Positions 29,401-39,143 are shown, numbered from the stretch's first letter. The stretch is DNA of 64,000 nucleotides from an uncultured Eubacterium sp. (GCA_944380545.1 CALWHV010000013.1:18350-82349), one strand, 5' to 3'. The notes: generated by a model not told the origin, from the letters alone. A program made the numbers and translations.

Positions 29401-30165
29401 TCAGCCGAGATAGACCGCGACACGGTCAAGTATTCTGTTGAGATTATCCACCATTGATATCATACCGCACATATAGATATTGCCCTCGCAAAGCTCGGCT
29501 ATTGTGGAGGCGGTGCCGGTGAAGAGCCCGTGGGCAAGCTCAACATCCGCAAATTCCATAATTGCCCTGGGGTTTTCCGGCTTTTTCTTGATGGTGGTGA
29601 AATGGCTGTTCTTGATCTTGACGGCGGCATAGCACTTATCCTTGATGCCCATTGAAACAACGCCGTCCACCGTGCTCTTTGCCGTGAACATAGAGATGGG
29701 GTCTGAATTGGCAAGCGCCGAGATGGCGCCGACTATCGTGTAAAAGGTAAGTATCGTTGATTCCTCAAAAAACGCCTTGTCCTTCATATCCTCATCGCTC
29801 GGGCGCAGAAGCTTTGTGAGCCTGTTTGTAAGCTTTGTGAAAGGGCCGAGCAGGAAAGAGAGCACCTGAACGACGCCCTTTGTGGGGATACCCGGCTTGG
29901 AGCTGTCTATCAGCGCGTTGAATTTTTCGGGCGATGAAAAATTCATCTTGCAGGTGCAGCCCGCCGAGCCCTCTTTGAACTCGCAGCCGTTTTTTGTGAA
30001 GTGGAAAGTGCCGCACGGACCGTCCGCAACATCAAAGCACAGCGAAACCGGCGATTTGAGCGAGGCGAGGATGCTTTTTGCCTCGTCGTCTATCTCGCAA
30101 AGATTTTCAAGCGTTGCCAAAACGCCGTACATATTCACATATGCCATTGCCTTTGCATCAGTCAA
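29401..30165 (-). CDS. Hypothetical protein with two predicted SCP2-like domains
   Basis: TTG start with AGGAGG RBS; same length class and duplicated strand/helix pattern as 25308-26102 (FSSPEKFN vs FSSMEKMN). Confidence 0.5.
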   Translation of the reverse strand: MTDAKAMAYVNMYGVLATLENLCEIDDEAKSILASLKSPVSLCFDVADGPCGTFHFTKNGCEFKEGSAGCTCKMNFSSPEKFNALIDSSKPGIPTKGVVQVLSFLLGPFTKLTNRLTKLLRPSDEDMKDKAFFEESTILTFYTIVGAISALANSDPISMFTAKSTVDGVVSMGIKDKCYAAVKIKNSHFTTIKKKPENPRAIMEFADVELAHGLFTGTASTIAELCEGNIYMCGMISMVDNLNRILDRVAVYLG

Positions 30166-30216
30166 AATAATTCCTCCTTGCTTAAATATGCCTGAAGCAT
30201 AATATTACACGAAATC

Positions 30217-30246
30217 ATTATACCACAAGGCGCACAACGCGGTCAA
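30217..30246 (-). promoter_or_regulatory. Sigma-A promoter of the five-gene operon
   Basis: TTGACC-18 bp-TATAAT with extended -10 TG. Confidence 0.65.
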
Positions 30247-30321
30247 TTACAAAGAGTTACAAATTTAACGCGCGCTTTTAGTAACAATCAATAAATATTA
30301 TTACGCCCTGTATAATATGCG

Positions 30322-31290
30322 TTACCGCGCATCCTTTTCAAACGGATAGACGAGCCCCATCTGCCGGCGGCATTCGTCCATAATGCGCATACAGCTGAGG
30401 GTTGCGGAAAAAGGAATATAATCCGACTGCTTTTTGCCGCCCGTTATCTCTTGCGCGGCGCGCGAAAATTCCGTTAGATAATCCGTTTTGCCGCAGAACA
30501 CCCTGCGCCCGTTATTATTTTTCAGCACGGCCTTTGACGCCATATGAAAGAAGCCGGGAAGGCTTATCGTGCCCTTTTCGCCGCGTATGACGCAGCTTTC
30601 CCTGAGCGAGCGCAGCGACATACACAGCTTACATTCAAAGCCGGAATAGGAAAGGACGACGGTTTCGCTGACATCTATGCCGCCGCTGAGCCTGCCGCGG
30701 CAGGATATCTTTTCGGGCATTCCGAAAAGATTATAGCAATATGTTATAGGATAGATGCCGATATCGAGCAGCGCGCCGCCCGCTGTTTGAGGAGTCAGCA
30801 CGCGAGAATTTTTTGGCAGCATAACGCCGGGAAAGGCATAGTGAATCTCAACGCTTTTTATTCTGCCTATCTCGCCGCCCTGCACCCATTTTTTAACGGT
30901 TAGGGCAACATCCGAAAACCAGGTCCACATAGCCTCGCAAAAATACACATCATACTGCCTTGACGCGTCGATAAGCCGCCTTACATCCGCCTCGCAGACG
31001 GCGACGGGCTTTTCGCACAGCACGGGCACGCCGAGCTGCATTGCCGAAAGCGCGTATTCAAGATGGGAGGTGTGCGGGGTTGCGATATACGCGCCCTGCA
31101 CGCCGGGGCAGGTGAGCGCCTCCTTTGCCGAAGCAAAGCTGCGCGCGCCGACGCGCTGCGCGAACGCCTGCGCCTTTTTTGCGTTTCTGCCGTAAACGGA
31201 TATTATTTTGTGGCTGCCGCGCAGGATATCCCTTGCGGTTGAGGCGGCGATATTGCCGTTTCCGATGTAAGCCCAGCCGAAAGCTTCCAT
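30322..31290 (-). CDS. Gfo/Idh/MocA family oxidoreductase
   Basis: IGNGNIA Rossmann, YIATPH..H, VLCEKP, EAMWT, GGALLDIG.Y; start moved to ATG 31290. Confidence 0.92.
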   Translation of the reverse strand: MEAFGWAYIGNGNIAASTARDILRGSHKIISVYGRNAKKAQAFAQRVGARSFASAKEALTCPGVQGAYIATPHTSHLEYALSAMQLGVPVLCEKPVAVCEADVRRLIDASRQYDVYFCEAMWTWFSDVALTVKKWVQGGEIGRIKSVEIHYAFPGVMLPKNSRVLTPQTAGGALLDIGIYPITYCYNLFGMPEKISCRGRLSGGIDVSETVVLSYSGFECKLCMSLRSLRESCVIRGEKGTISLPGFFHMASKAVLKNNNGRRVFCGKTDYLTEFSRAAQEITGGKKQSDYIPFSATLSCMRIMDECRRQMGLVYPFEKDAR

Positions 31291-31343
31291 AAAAAAACAC
31301 CTCTGCAATTCAAAAAGCGGGGACAGCAAATCCCCGCTTGAAA

Positions 31344-32363
31344 TCAAATCAAAAAGCCTACCTTTTTCATAGCCTTGTTAAGAGTGCGCGACGCTATGCG
31401 CGACGCCTTTTGAGCGCCCGCCTCCATACAATCGCGCAGATACTGCCTGTCCGCCGTAAGCTCTGCGTATCTTTTTCTGAACGGTTCAAGCTCCGCAACA
31501 ACAGCCTCGCCCACGGCCTTTTTGAAATCGCCGTAGCCCCTGCCGGAAAAATCGCTTTCTATCTGCTCAAGGCTGCTGCCGGTAACGGCTGAATAAATCG
31601 CCATAAGATTATTGACGCCGTCCTTGCCCTCGGCATAGCGAACGCTCATCTCGCTGTCCGTAACGGCGGATTTAAACTTCTTCATAATCGTTTCGGGCGC
31701 GTCCGTGATAAACACGGAGCCCTTGGGATTCGGGTCTGACTTGCTCATCTTGCGCGTGGGATCCTGAAGGCTCATTATCCTTTTTGCGCCGGTTTTGGGG
31801 ATATACGCCTCCGGCACGGTGAAAACATTGCCGTAAACGCCGTTGAAGCGCTCCGCTATATCGCGCGTTATCTCAAGGTGCTGGCGCTGATCCTCGCCCA
31901 CCGGCACGATATCCGCCTGATAGAGCAGTATATCCGCCGCCATAAGGCAGGGATAGGTGAAAAGGCCGGCGTTTACATTATCCTTATGCTGAGCCGCCTT
32001 ATCCTTGAACTGAGTCATCCTTGAAAGCTCGCCGAACTGCGTGTAGCAGTTGAGTATCCATGCAAGCTGCGAATGAGCCGGCACCTGCGACTGAATGAAA
32101 ACTATGCCGTTTTCCGGGTCGAGCCCGATGGCAAGCAGCATTGCAAAAAGCTCCTCCGTTTGCTTTCTGAGCTTTTGCGGCTCCTGGCGAACGGTGATTG
32201 AATGGAGGTCCGCAACGCCGTAGATTGTGTCAAACTGCTGCTGAAATGACGGCCAGCCGCGCATAGCGCCCAGATAATTTCCGAGCGTGGGCACGGAGGT
32301 TGGCTGAATCAGCGAGAGGCTTCTTTTCCTTTTCTGCGTTTCCTGAGATATCTGATTATCCAT
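31344..32363 (-). CDS. trpS: Tryptophan--tRNA ligase
   Basis: QPT...TLGNY.GA, DLHSIT, YP.LMAADIL, VPVGEDQ.QH, KMSKS. Confidence 0.97.
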   Translation of the reverse strand: MDNQISQETQKRKRSLSLIQPTSVPTLGNYLGAMRGWPSFQQQFDTIYGVADLHSITVRQEPQKLRKQTEELFAMLLAIGLDPENGIVFIQSQVPAHSQLAWILNCYTQFGELSRMTQFKDKAAQHKDNVNAGLFTYPCLMAADILLYQADIVPVGEDQRQHLEITRDIAERFNGVYGNVFTVPEAYIPKTGAKRIMSLQDPTRKMSKSDPNPKGSVFITDAPETIMKKFKSAVTDSEMSVRYAEGKDGVNNLMAIYSAVTGSSLEQIESDFSGRGYGDFKKAVGEAVVAELEPFRKRYAELTADRQYLRDCMEAGAQKASRIASRTLNKAMKKVGFLI

Positions 32364-32387
32364 AAAAACATCAATTCCTTAAATAAA

Positions 32388-33578
32388 TTACTTTTTGAAC
32401 CGCTTTGCCACGCTGCCCATAATTTTGACGCCCTTGACGATATCCTCGTCGCACGGGGTGGAGAAATTAAGGCGAATATGGCTGCACGGCGCGGTATCGT
32501 CCGTCATAAACGCCGAGCCAGGAACTACCGCCACCCTTTCCTTGAGAAGGGCGTTTACATATTCGAGCATATCGACCTCATCCGGCAGCTTTGCCCAGAT
32601 GAACAGCCCGCCCTGAGGGCGCACATATGTTATGAAGCCGCGGCAGTATTCGTCAAGGCAGCGGCACATCAGATCAAGCTTGCGCCTGTATATCTTTCTT
32701 ATCTGCTCTATATGCGCGTCCACATCATATTCGTCAAACCAGCGCGAAACTATCATCTGGTTGAGCACGCCGGTGTGGACATCGCTGACCTGCTTGCCTA
32801 TCGTGAACGCGCCTGCCGCGCTTTTGGGAACGACGGCGTACGCCACGCGGATGCCGGGCGCAAGTATCTTTGAAAACGAGCCGGCGTAAAACACGATGCC
32901 GTGAGTGTCAAGGCTTTTGATTGACGGCACATCTCGCCCGTCAACGCGCAGAAAGCCGTAGGGGTCGTCCTCCAGGATTGCCAAACCGTTTTCAAGCGCA
33001 ACGCGGTAGAGCGCCTTTCTTTTTTCAAGGCTCATCGTGGTGCCGCCGGGATTTTGGAAATTCGGGATGGTATAGATGAATTTGGCGCCGGGATTTGCCT
33101 TTACGGTGCGCTCGAGCGCGGCGATGTCCATACCGTCCGCCTCAATGGGCACGCCGGCAAGGCGGCAGCCGTGGGAGCGAAAGCAGTTTAGCGAGCCGAT
33201 AAAGGACGGCTCCTCGCAGATAACGGTGTCGCCCGGCGAAGTGAGGATGCGCGTCGCTATATCCATAACCTGAGTGCCGCCCGCCGTGATTATGACGGTA
33301 TCATCATCAGTGCCTATATCGCTGCGCTTTTTAAGCCATTTTGAAACCGTTTGCCTGAGCGGCTCATAGCCCTCGGAAACGCCGTACACAAGCGCGGAAA
33401 CCGGGTCCCTTTCAAGTATTTCAGCCGCCACGGCGCGCACCTCGGCGCACGGGAAGGCGTGCGAATCGGGCGAGCCGCCGGCAAAGGCTATCATACCCGG
33501 ATCGTTTGTGACCTTAAGTATCTCCCTTACGGCGGAGGGCTTCATATCTGTGAAATTCTTTGATAAACTTACGCTCAT
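32388..33578 (-). CDS. Class I/II PLP aminotransferase (LysN/ARO8-like)
   Basis: FAGGSP, YG..EGY, YTIPNFQNP.G, EDDPY, GSFSKILAPGIR; start moved to ATG 33578. Confidence 0.9.
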   Translation of the reverse strand: MSVSLSKNFTDMKPSAVREILKVTNDPGMIAFAGGSPDSHAFPCAEVRAVAAEILERDPVSALVYGVSEGYEPLRQTVSKWLKKRSDIGTDDDTVIITAGGTQVMDIATRILTSPGDTVICEEPSFIGSLNCFRSHGCRLAGVPIEADGMDIAALERTVKANPGAKFIYTIPNFQNPGGTTMSLEKRKALYRVALENGLAILEDDPYGFLRVDGRDVPSIKSLDTHGIVFYAGSFSKILAPGIRVAYAVVPKSAAGAFTIGKQVSDVHTGVLNQMIVSRWFDEYDVDAHIEQIRKIYRRKLDLMCRCLDEYCRGFITYVRPQGGLFIWAKLPDEVDMLEYVNALLKERVAVVPGSAFMTDDTAPCSHIRLNFSTPCDEDIVKGVKIMGSVAKRFKK

Positions 33579-33580
33579 CT

Positions 33581-34702
33581 TTATTTTTTCAATACCTCTT
33601 TTACAAATCTTTCGCACGATCTGCCGTCGCACAGCGAAACGAACCTTGCCTTGAACGCCTCAAGCCTTTCATCTGAGCGGCGCGCGTTCAAGACCGCCTG
33701 CGCAAGGCTTGAAAAATCGCGCACAACATCGCCGCACGCATAATCGGAATAATCGTAATAAAAGCCGCGGGCGCCGCCGTATTCGTCAAGATCGGGCGCA
33801 TACAGCACGGCGGGATTGCCTATCACGGCGTTTTCAAAGATAACGGAGGAATAATCCGTTACGAGCACATCGGTTATAAACAGGATGTCGTTTATCTCCC
33901 GCTCCTTTGAAAGGTCGAAGACGCGGTGCGAATATTGCGCGGGCACGGCGAACGAGTCCTTTACGAACGGGTGCATTTTTATGATAAGCGCCCAATCGTC
34001 CGGCATATCATCCATAAACCTGCCGACATCGAAAAAGCGGGCGGGATAATGCGCGTCGTTCACATTTTCACCCCTGAAGGTGGGGGCGAAAAGGCATATC
34101 CTTTTGCCCCTGAGCCCCGGATACTCGCCGTACAGCCGCTCGCGCGCCGTGCTTACGGCGGACGGGTCGAAGAACCTGTCCGTTCGCGGAGAGCCGACAG
34201 CCTTTACCCTGCTGCGGTCTATGCCGAACGCCTCGGCGTAGATCTTTACGATATCGGCAGACGAAACGATGGCGTCCGTATAATTCTTATGGGTGATGGA
34301 GCTTTTGACGGCGCTTGCTCTGCCGTAGCCGAAGCGTTTGAACGCGCCGAGCGCGTGCCAGACCTGAACGAGGCGCTGGCCGCTGCGAAGGCGCAGAACA
34401 TAGACGAGCGGCTCATAATCGTCAACAAGTATAAAGCCGCTTTGCGCCATTTCGCGCGCAAGCTGCTTTTTTGAAACGCCGTCCGGCGCGGTTATCGCCT
34501 TAACGGTGAAGCCCTCGCCGTTTTTTTCAAGATATTCCTTGACGGCAAGCAGATTGCCGCCGAGCCTGCCCTTTGACGAGGAATACATCAGTATCCGCTT
34601 TTTATCCATAGGCAGCGAGCAGGCGCGCCTGTATTCAAGCTGAAACCCGGCATGCCGCAGCCTTTGCAGCGCCGGGTATAAAAACTCTTTTATCTTGCTC
34701 AT
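33581..34702 (-). CDS. CDP-glycerol glycerophosphotransferase family protein (TagB/TagF-like)
   Basis: Q.WHA.GAFKRFG, GSPRTD, LFAPTFRG, KMHP, DVLVTDYSSV.FE. Confidence 0.9.
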   Translation of the reverse strand: MSKIKEFLYPALQRLRHAGFQLEYRRACSLPMDKKRILMYSSSKGRLGGNLLAVKEYLEKNGEGFTVKAITAPDGVSKKQLAREMAQSGFILVDDYEPLVYVLRLRSGQRLVQVWHALGAFKRFGYGRASAVKSSITHKNYTDAIVSSADIVKIYAEAFGIDRSRVKAVGSPRTDRFFDPSAVSTARERLYGEYPGLRGKRICLFAPTFRGENVNDAHYPARFFDVGRFMDDMPDDWALIIKMHPFVKDSFAVPAQYSHRVFDLSKEREINDILFITDVLVTDYSSVIFENAVIGNPAVLYAPDLDEYGGARGFYYDYSDYACGDVVRDFSSLAQAVLNARRSDERLEAFKARFVSLCDGRSCERFVKEVLKK

Positions 34703-36000
34703 TGGCTGTTCTCTTCTTTTTCGGCGGAGGATTCCTGCGGTTTTTCATCGCCGGGCGTTTCCCGCTCTTCCGGCTCATCCGCTTCTTCCGGCTGCTGCAG
34801 ATCGCCGTCTGTCAAAACGCCGTAATTATAGCGGCCGTCGTAAACGCCGCGGGCAAGCTCGTCTATAAGCTTTCCGTATTCGGCGGTTATGCTTTTAAAG
34901 CGCTTGTTTACATACGCCTTTTTGAACGCCTGCTCCTTTTCGGCGGGGGCGCGCATACCGCGGGCGATGAAATCGCATATGCCGCGGGCGTTCTTTGAAT
35001 AAAGCGCGGGGATATCCGCCCAGAAATCTATGTAAAAGCCGCGCTCGTCTATATATTTATCGCTGTCAAAGCAATAGATATATATGGGCAGCTCCTTTAA
35101 GAGCGCCTCGTAGATAACGGAGCTGTAGTCCGTTACAACATAATCGGCAACGCACATAAAATCCATTGCGTTGAAGCTTTCGCCCTCCGCCGCGTTCATA
35201 CGGGAATCGGCATAGATCTGCTCCTTATTGGAATCCACAACATGGTGCTTTACGATAAGGTTATACTCTGAATAATTGACCTTGTTTATAAGCTCCTTCG
35301 TTGCGGCTTTAAGGGCGTTTCTGTCCTCCTGAGTATCGCGGAAGGTTGGGGCGTAAAGGATGTTTTTGCGCCCGTTTCCGAGCTGCGGATACCTGCGCAG
35401 GATATTGCCGCGCACGCGCTCGCTCTCCTGCGGGTCGGTTATATAATCCATACGCGGGATGCCGATGGGGATAAATTTTGATTCCGGCTGGCCGAACGCC
35501 TCCGAAAACGCGGGAACGCATTTATCGCCGCTGGCGGCAATCAGCGAATAATTTTTGTGCATCCTGAACGCCTCGGCGGTTTTTGACGACTTGCCGCCCT
35601 CCTTATCGAGCACTGAGCGTCCGAACTTTTTGAACGCGCCGAGCGCGTGCCAAAGCTGAATTATCTTAAGCTCCGGTTTATGCCTGAGCATAGAGGCGAG
35701 GATGCAATATCCGTCAAGCACGACGACGCGCGAGGTGGCAAGCGCCTTCATCTGGCGCAGCATCTCGAAAGCATAGCCGAGCCTGCCTGAAAAGGAATCC
35801 GGTATCATCCTGCACAGCACAACGACGGAATACTGCGGATAATTTGTTTTTATCTCGTTTATAAGATAGCGAAAATCGGTTGAGGGCGTTTCGCTCTGGC
35901 GCGAGATAAACGCTATCTTGTTTTCCGTTTTGCGGCGCTTGTAGAACGAATAGATAAAATTCATCACCGCGCCGAAAAGCTTTGCAAAAATTCCTGTCAA
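34699..36000 (-). CDS. CDP-glycerol glycerophosphotransferase family protein with acidic tail
   Basis: QLWHA.GAFKKFG, GIPRMD, LYAPTFR, D..VTDYSSV.YE; TTG start. Confidence 0.88.
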   Translation of the reverse strand: MTGIFAKLFGAVMNFIYSFYKRRKTENKIAFISRQSETPSTDFRYLINEIKTNYPQYSVVVLCRMIPDSFSGRLGYAFEMLRQMKALATSRVVVLDGYCILASMLRHKPELKIIQLWHALGAFKKFGRSVLDKEGGKSSKTAEAFRMHKNYSLIAASGDKCVPAFSEAFGQPESKFIPIGIPRMDYITDPQESERVRGNILRRYPQLGNGRKNILYAPTFRDTQEDRNALKAATKELINKVNYSEYNLIVKHHVVDSNKEQIYADSRMNAAEGESFNAMDFMCVADYVVTDYSSVIYEALLKELPIYIYCFDSDKYIDERGFYIDFWADIPALYSKNARGICDFIARGMRAPAEKEQAFKKAYVNKRFKSITAEYGKLIDELARGVYDGRYNYGVLTDGDLQQPEEADEPEERETPGDEKPQESSAEKEENSQ

Positions 36001-36032
36001 AGCGTCACTTCCAATATGAAAAGAGCTGTTTA

Positions 36033-37286
36033 TTATTCGTAAAGCGGATATTTTGCGCAGATGTCGGCAACACCGGCTCTGATATAATCCTTTTTATTGT
36101 CAAAATCGGTGATTGCAAGATAGATATACTCTGCGATCTTTTCAAAATCCTCTTTCTGAAGCCCCCTTGTTGTTGCGGCGGGAGTGCCGATGCGAACGCC
36201 GGAGGTTACGAACGGAGAGAGAGGCTCGTTGGGAACGGTGTTTTTATTGAGGGTGATATGGACCTCGTCGAGCCTTGCCTCAAGCTCCTTGCCTGTTACG
36301 CCGGTGCCGATGAGCGAAAGCAGGATAAGGTGATTATCCGTGCCGCCGGAAACGAGATTGAGACCCCTTGAGGTAAGCGCATCCGCAAGGGCTTTGGCGT
36401 TATCCACGATGCGCTGCTGATATTCCCTGAATTCGGGCTTGAGCGCCTCGCCGAAGCAGACCGCCTTGCCGGCGATTACATGCATAAGCGGACCGCCCTG
36501 CGTGCCGGGGAACACGGCGGAATTGAGCTTCTTTGCAAGATAGGGGTTGTTGCAGAGGATAAGGCCGCCCCTGGGACCCCTTAAGGTTTTATGGGTTGTT
36601 GTGGTTACAACATCGGCGTACGGCACGGGATTCTGATGGAGACCCGCGGCAACAAGGCCTGCGATATGAGCCATATCCACCATAAACATAGCGCCGTTTG
36701 CGTGGGCGATATCAGCCATCGTTTTAAAATCAATGGCGCGCGGATAAGCGGAAGCGCCGGCAACGATGAGCTTAGGCTTTACCTTGTTTACCTGCTTTGC
36801 AAACGCCGCAAGGTCGATAAAGCCGTTATCGTCCACACCGTAGGGCACGAAATTGAAATACTTGCCGCTTATATTGGCGGGCGAGCCGTGGGTGAGATGG
36901 CCGCCGTTATCGAGGCTCATACCCATAACCGTATCGCCCGGCTTGAGCAGCGCAAGATAAACGGCTGTGTTTGCCTGCGCGCCCGAATGAGCCTGAACAT
37001 TGGCGTAGCCCGCGCCGAAAAGCTCGCACGCTCTTTTGATAGCTATATTCTCTACGATATCAACATACTGGCAGCCGCCGTAATAGCGCTTGCCGGGAAG
37101 GCCCTCGGCGTACTTGTTTGTGAGCACGCTGCCCATAGCGGCCATAACCTGCGGCGAAACAAGATTTTCCGAGGCGATAAGCTCTATGTTTTCTCTCTGG
37201 CGCTTAAGCTCCAGCGCCATAGCGTCCGCCACTTCCTTATCCGTCTCCGCAACCTTTGCGATTGAATCGTAATAATCCGCGTACAT
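36033..37286 (-). CDS. glyA: Serine hydroxymethyltransferase
   Basis: [35 protein letters not shown]. Confidence 0.98.
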   Translation of the reverse strand: MYADYYDSIAKVAETDKEVADAMALELKRQRENIELIASENLVSPQVMAAMGSVLTNKYAEGLPGKRYYGGCQYVDIVENIAIKRACELFGAGYANVQAHSGAQANTAVYLALLKPGDTVMGMSLDNGGHLTHGSPANISGKYFNFVPYGVDDNGFIDLAAFAKQVNKVKPKLIVAGASAYPRAIDFKTMADIAHANGAMFMVDMAHIAGLVAAGLHQNPVPYADVVTTTTHKTLRGPRGGLILCNNPYLAKKLNSAVFPGTQGGPLMHVIAGKAVCFGEALKPEFREYQQRIVDNAKALADALTSRGLNLVSGGTDNHLILLSLIGTGVTGKELEARLDEVHITLNKNTVPNEPLSPFVTSGVRIGTPAATTRGLQKEDFEKIAEYIYLAITDFDNKKDYIRAGVADICAKYPLYE

Positions 37287-37391
37287 AATTAAAATTCTCC
37301 TTTTAAAAAATTACGATAGTATAATAACACATCGCCGCCCAATATACAACAAGGATTTTATTAAAACGGTAAACGGCTGAAGCCTTGATAT

Positions 37392-37420
37392 AAAAACGCC
37401 TCCTATTATAAGGAGGCGTT
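37392..37420 (-). terminator. Intrinsic terminator after uppP
   Basis: AACGCCTCCT-TATAAT-AGGAGGCGTT followed by TTT on minus strand. Confidence 0.7.
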
Positions 37421-37425
37421 GAGCA

Positions 37426-38256
37426 TTATGACGCAAGGGCGAAATAGAGGATCACGGCGGCGCCGAGGATGATCCTGTACCAGCCGAACACGGTGAAGTC
37501 GTGCTTTTTGATATAGCTCATAAGGAATTTTATGGCGAAAACGGACACGATGAACGCGCTTACAAGGCCGATGAAAAGTATCAGCAGCTCCTGCGAGGTG
37601 AAATCAAAGCCGAATTTGACGAGCTTGAGCGCGCTTGCGCCGAACATTACGGGAACGGCGAGAAAGAAGGTGTATTCCGCGGCAACGGAGCGGGAGATGC
37701 CGATGAGCAGCGCGCCGACTATTGTGGCGCCGCTTCTTGAGGTGCCGGGAAAAACGGCTGCTATGAGCTGAAAGAGCCCTATTATGAACGCCGCCTGATA
37801 GGTGATGCCGCCGATGGAATCGACCTTGGGCTCGCGATTCCTGTTGCGCCTTTCTATTATGATGAAAAGTATGCCGAAAACGATGAGCGCGGCGGAAACG
37901 GTTTGCCAATTATAGAATATCTCCTCCAGCTTATCGTCAAAGAACACGCCGACAACGGCGGCGGGAACGCAGGACACGATTATCTTTAGCCACATCACAA
38001 GCGTGTCCTTTTTCCAGCTCAATCTTTTTTCGCTGTATTCGAGCGGGATGAGCTTTTTGAAATAGAGCACCACGACGGCAAGAATGGCGCCGAGCTGGAT
38101 GACGACGAGGAACATACTTTTAAATTCCTCGGAAACATTGAGCTTTAAAAACTCGTCCACAAGGATCATATGGCCCGTGGAGCTTATGGGCAGCCATTCC
38201 GTGATGCCCTCCACTATTCCGAGCACAAGCGCCTTGAGCATTTCGATAATATCCAT
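37426..38256 (-). CDS. uppP: Undecaprenyl-diphosphate phosphatase
   Basis: GIVEGITEWLPISSTGH, IQLGAILAV, PGTSRSGAT, A.EYTF.LA.P; start moved to ATG 38256. Confidence 0.96.
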   Translation of the reverse strand: MDIIEMLKALVLGIVEGITEWLPISSTGHMILVDEFLKLNVSEEFKSMFLVVIQLGAILAVVVLYFKKLIPLEYSEKRLSWKKDTLVMWLKIIVSCVPAAVVGVFFDDKLEEIFYNWQTVSAALIVFGILFIIIERRNRNREPKVDSIGGITYQAAFIIGLFQLIAAVFPGTSRSGATIVGALLIGISRSVAAEYTFFLAVPVMFGASALKLVKFGFDFTSQELLILFIGLVSAFIVSVFAIKFLMSYIKKHDFTVFGWYRIILGAAVILYFALAS

Positions 38257-38270
38257 AAAACCTCCCGAAA

Positions 38271-39125
38271 TCAAGGCCTTATGCCGTTTTGAAGCTTGGC
38301 GGCGGTAAGCGTGTTTTGCATCAGCATGGAAATCGTCATCGGCCCTACGCCGCCGGGGACGGGCGTGATATAAGAACATACGGGAGCTACATTTTCAAAA
38401 TCCACATCGCCGCACAGCTTGCCGTTTTCATCCCGGTTCATACCGACATCTATGACCACGGCGCCGGGCTTTACCATATCGGCGGTTATGAACTTGGGCT
38501 TTCCGACGGCTGCAACGAGTATATCGGCGGTTTTTGCCGTTTCGGCAAGGTTGGGCGTTTTGGAATGGGCGATCTCCACCGTGCAGTCCGAATGAAGCAG
38601 CAGCATAGCCATCGGCTTGCCGACGATATTGCTTCTGCCGACGACAACGGCCTTTTTGCCGCGCGTTTCTATGCCGGCGCTTTTTATAAGCTCCATTATT
38701 CCGGCGGGGGTGCAGGGCAGAAAATCATAATCGCCTATCATTATCCTGCCGACATTGACGGGGTGAAACGCGTCCACATCCTTGGCGGGGTCTATAAGCT
38801 CTATAACCTCTTTATCATTGAGGTGGGCGGGAAGCGGAAGCTGGCAGAGTATGCCGTTTATATCCCTTCTTTCGTTGAGCTCGCGCACAAGGCTGTTGAG
38901 CTGCTGCTGAGTGGTGCTTGACGGCAGCGCGTATTTTTCGCTGTAAAAGCCGACCTCGGCGCACGCCTTTTCCTTATTTCTTACATAGACCTGGGAGGCG
39001 GGATCGTCGCCCACTATAATAACGGCAAGACCGGGCTTAACGCCCTTTTCGGCAAGCGCCGCAGTTTCTCTGCGCACGCGCTCGCGCACGGCGGCGGAGA
39101 CCTCTTTTCCGTTTAAAAGCTGCAT
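38271..39125 (-). CDS. folD: Methylenetetrahydrofolate dehydrogenase/cyclohydrolase
   Basis: S..YV.NK, GILCQLPLP, KDVDAFHP, GRSNIVGKP, ITPVPGGVGPMT. Confidence 0.97.
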   Translation of the reverse strand: MQLLNGKEVSAAVRERVRRETAALAEKGVKPGLAVIIVGDDPASQVYVRNKEKACAEVGFYSEKYALPSSTTQQQLNSLVRELNERRDINGILCQLPLPAHLNDKEVIELIDPAKDVDAFHPVNVGRIMIGDYDFLPCTPAGIMELIKSAGIETRGKKAVVVGRSNIVGKPMAMLLLHSDCTVEIAHSKTPNLAETAKTADILVAAVGKPKFITADMVKPGAVVIDVGMNRDENGKLCGDVDFENVAPVCSYITPVPGGVGPMTISMLMQNTLTAAKLQNGIRP

Positions 39126-39143
39126 AATAAAATCATCCTTTCG

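Noticed and set aside
30322-31290. Gfo/Idh/MocA oxidoreductase as a sixth member of the transketolase operon
   Set aside because: It is separated by a 156-bp AT-rich gap containing a dedicated promoter and appears to end the trpS run; a functional link cannot be excluded but is unsupported.
37287-37425. Possible ZMP/ZTP or glycine riboswitch upstream of glyA; T-boxes upstream of leuS or trpS
   Set aside because: The glyA gap holds only a terminator and an AT-rich promoter; leuS and trpS follow upstream genes within about 15-25 bp, leaving no room.
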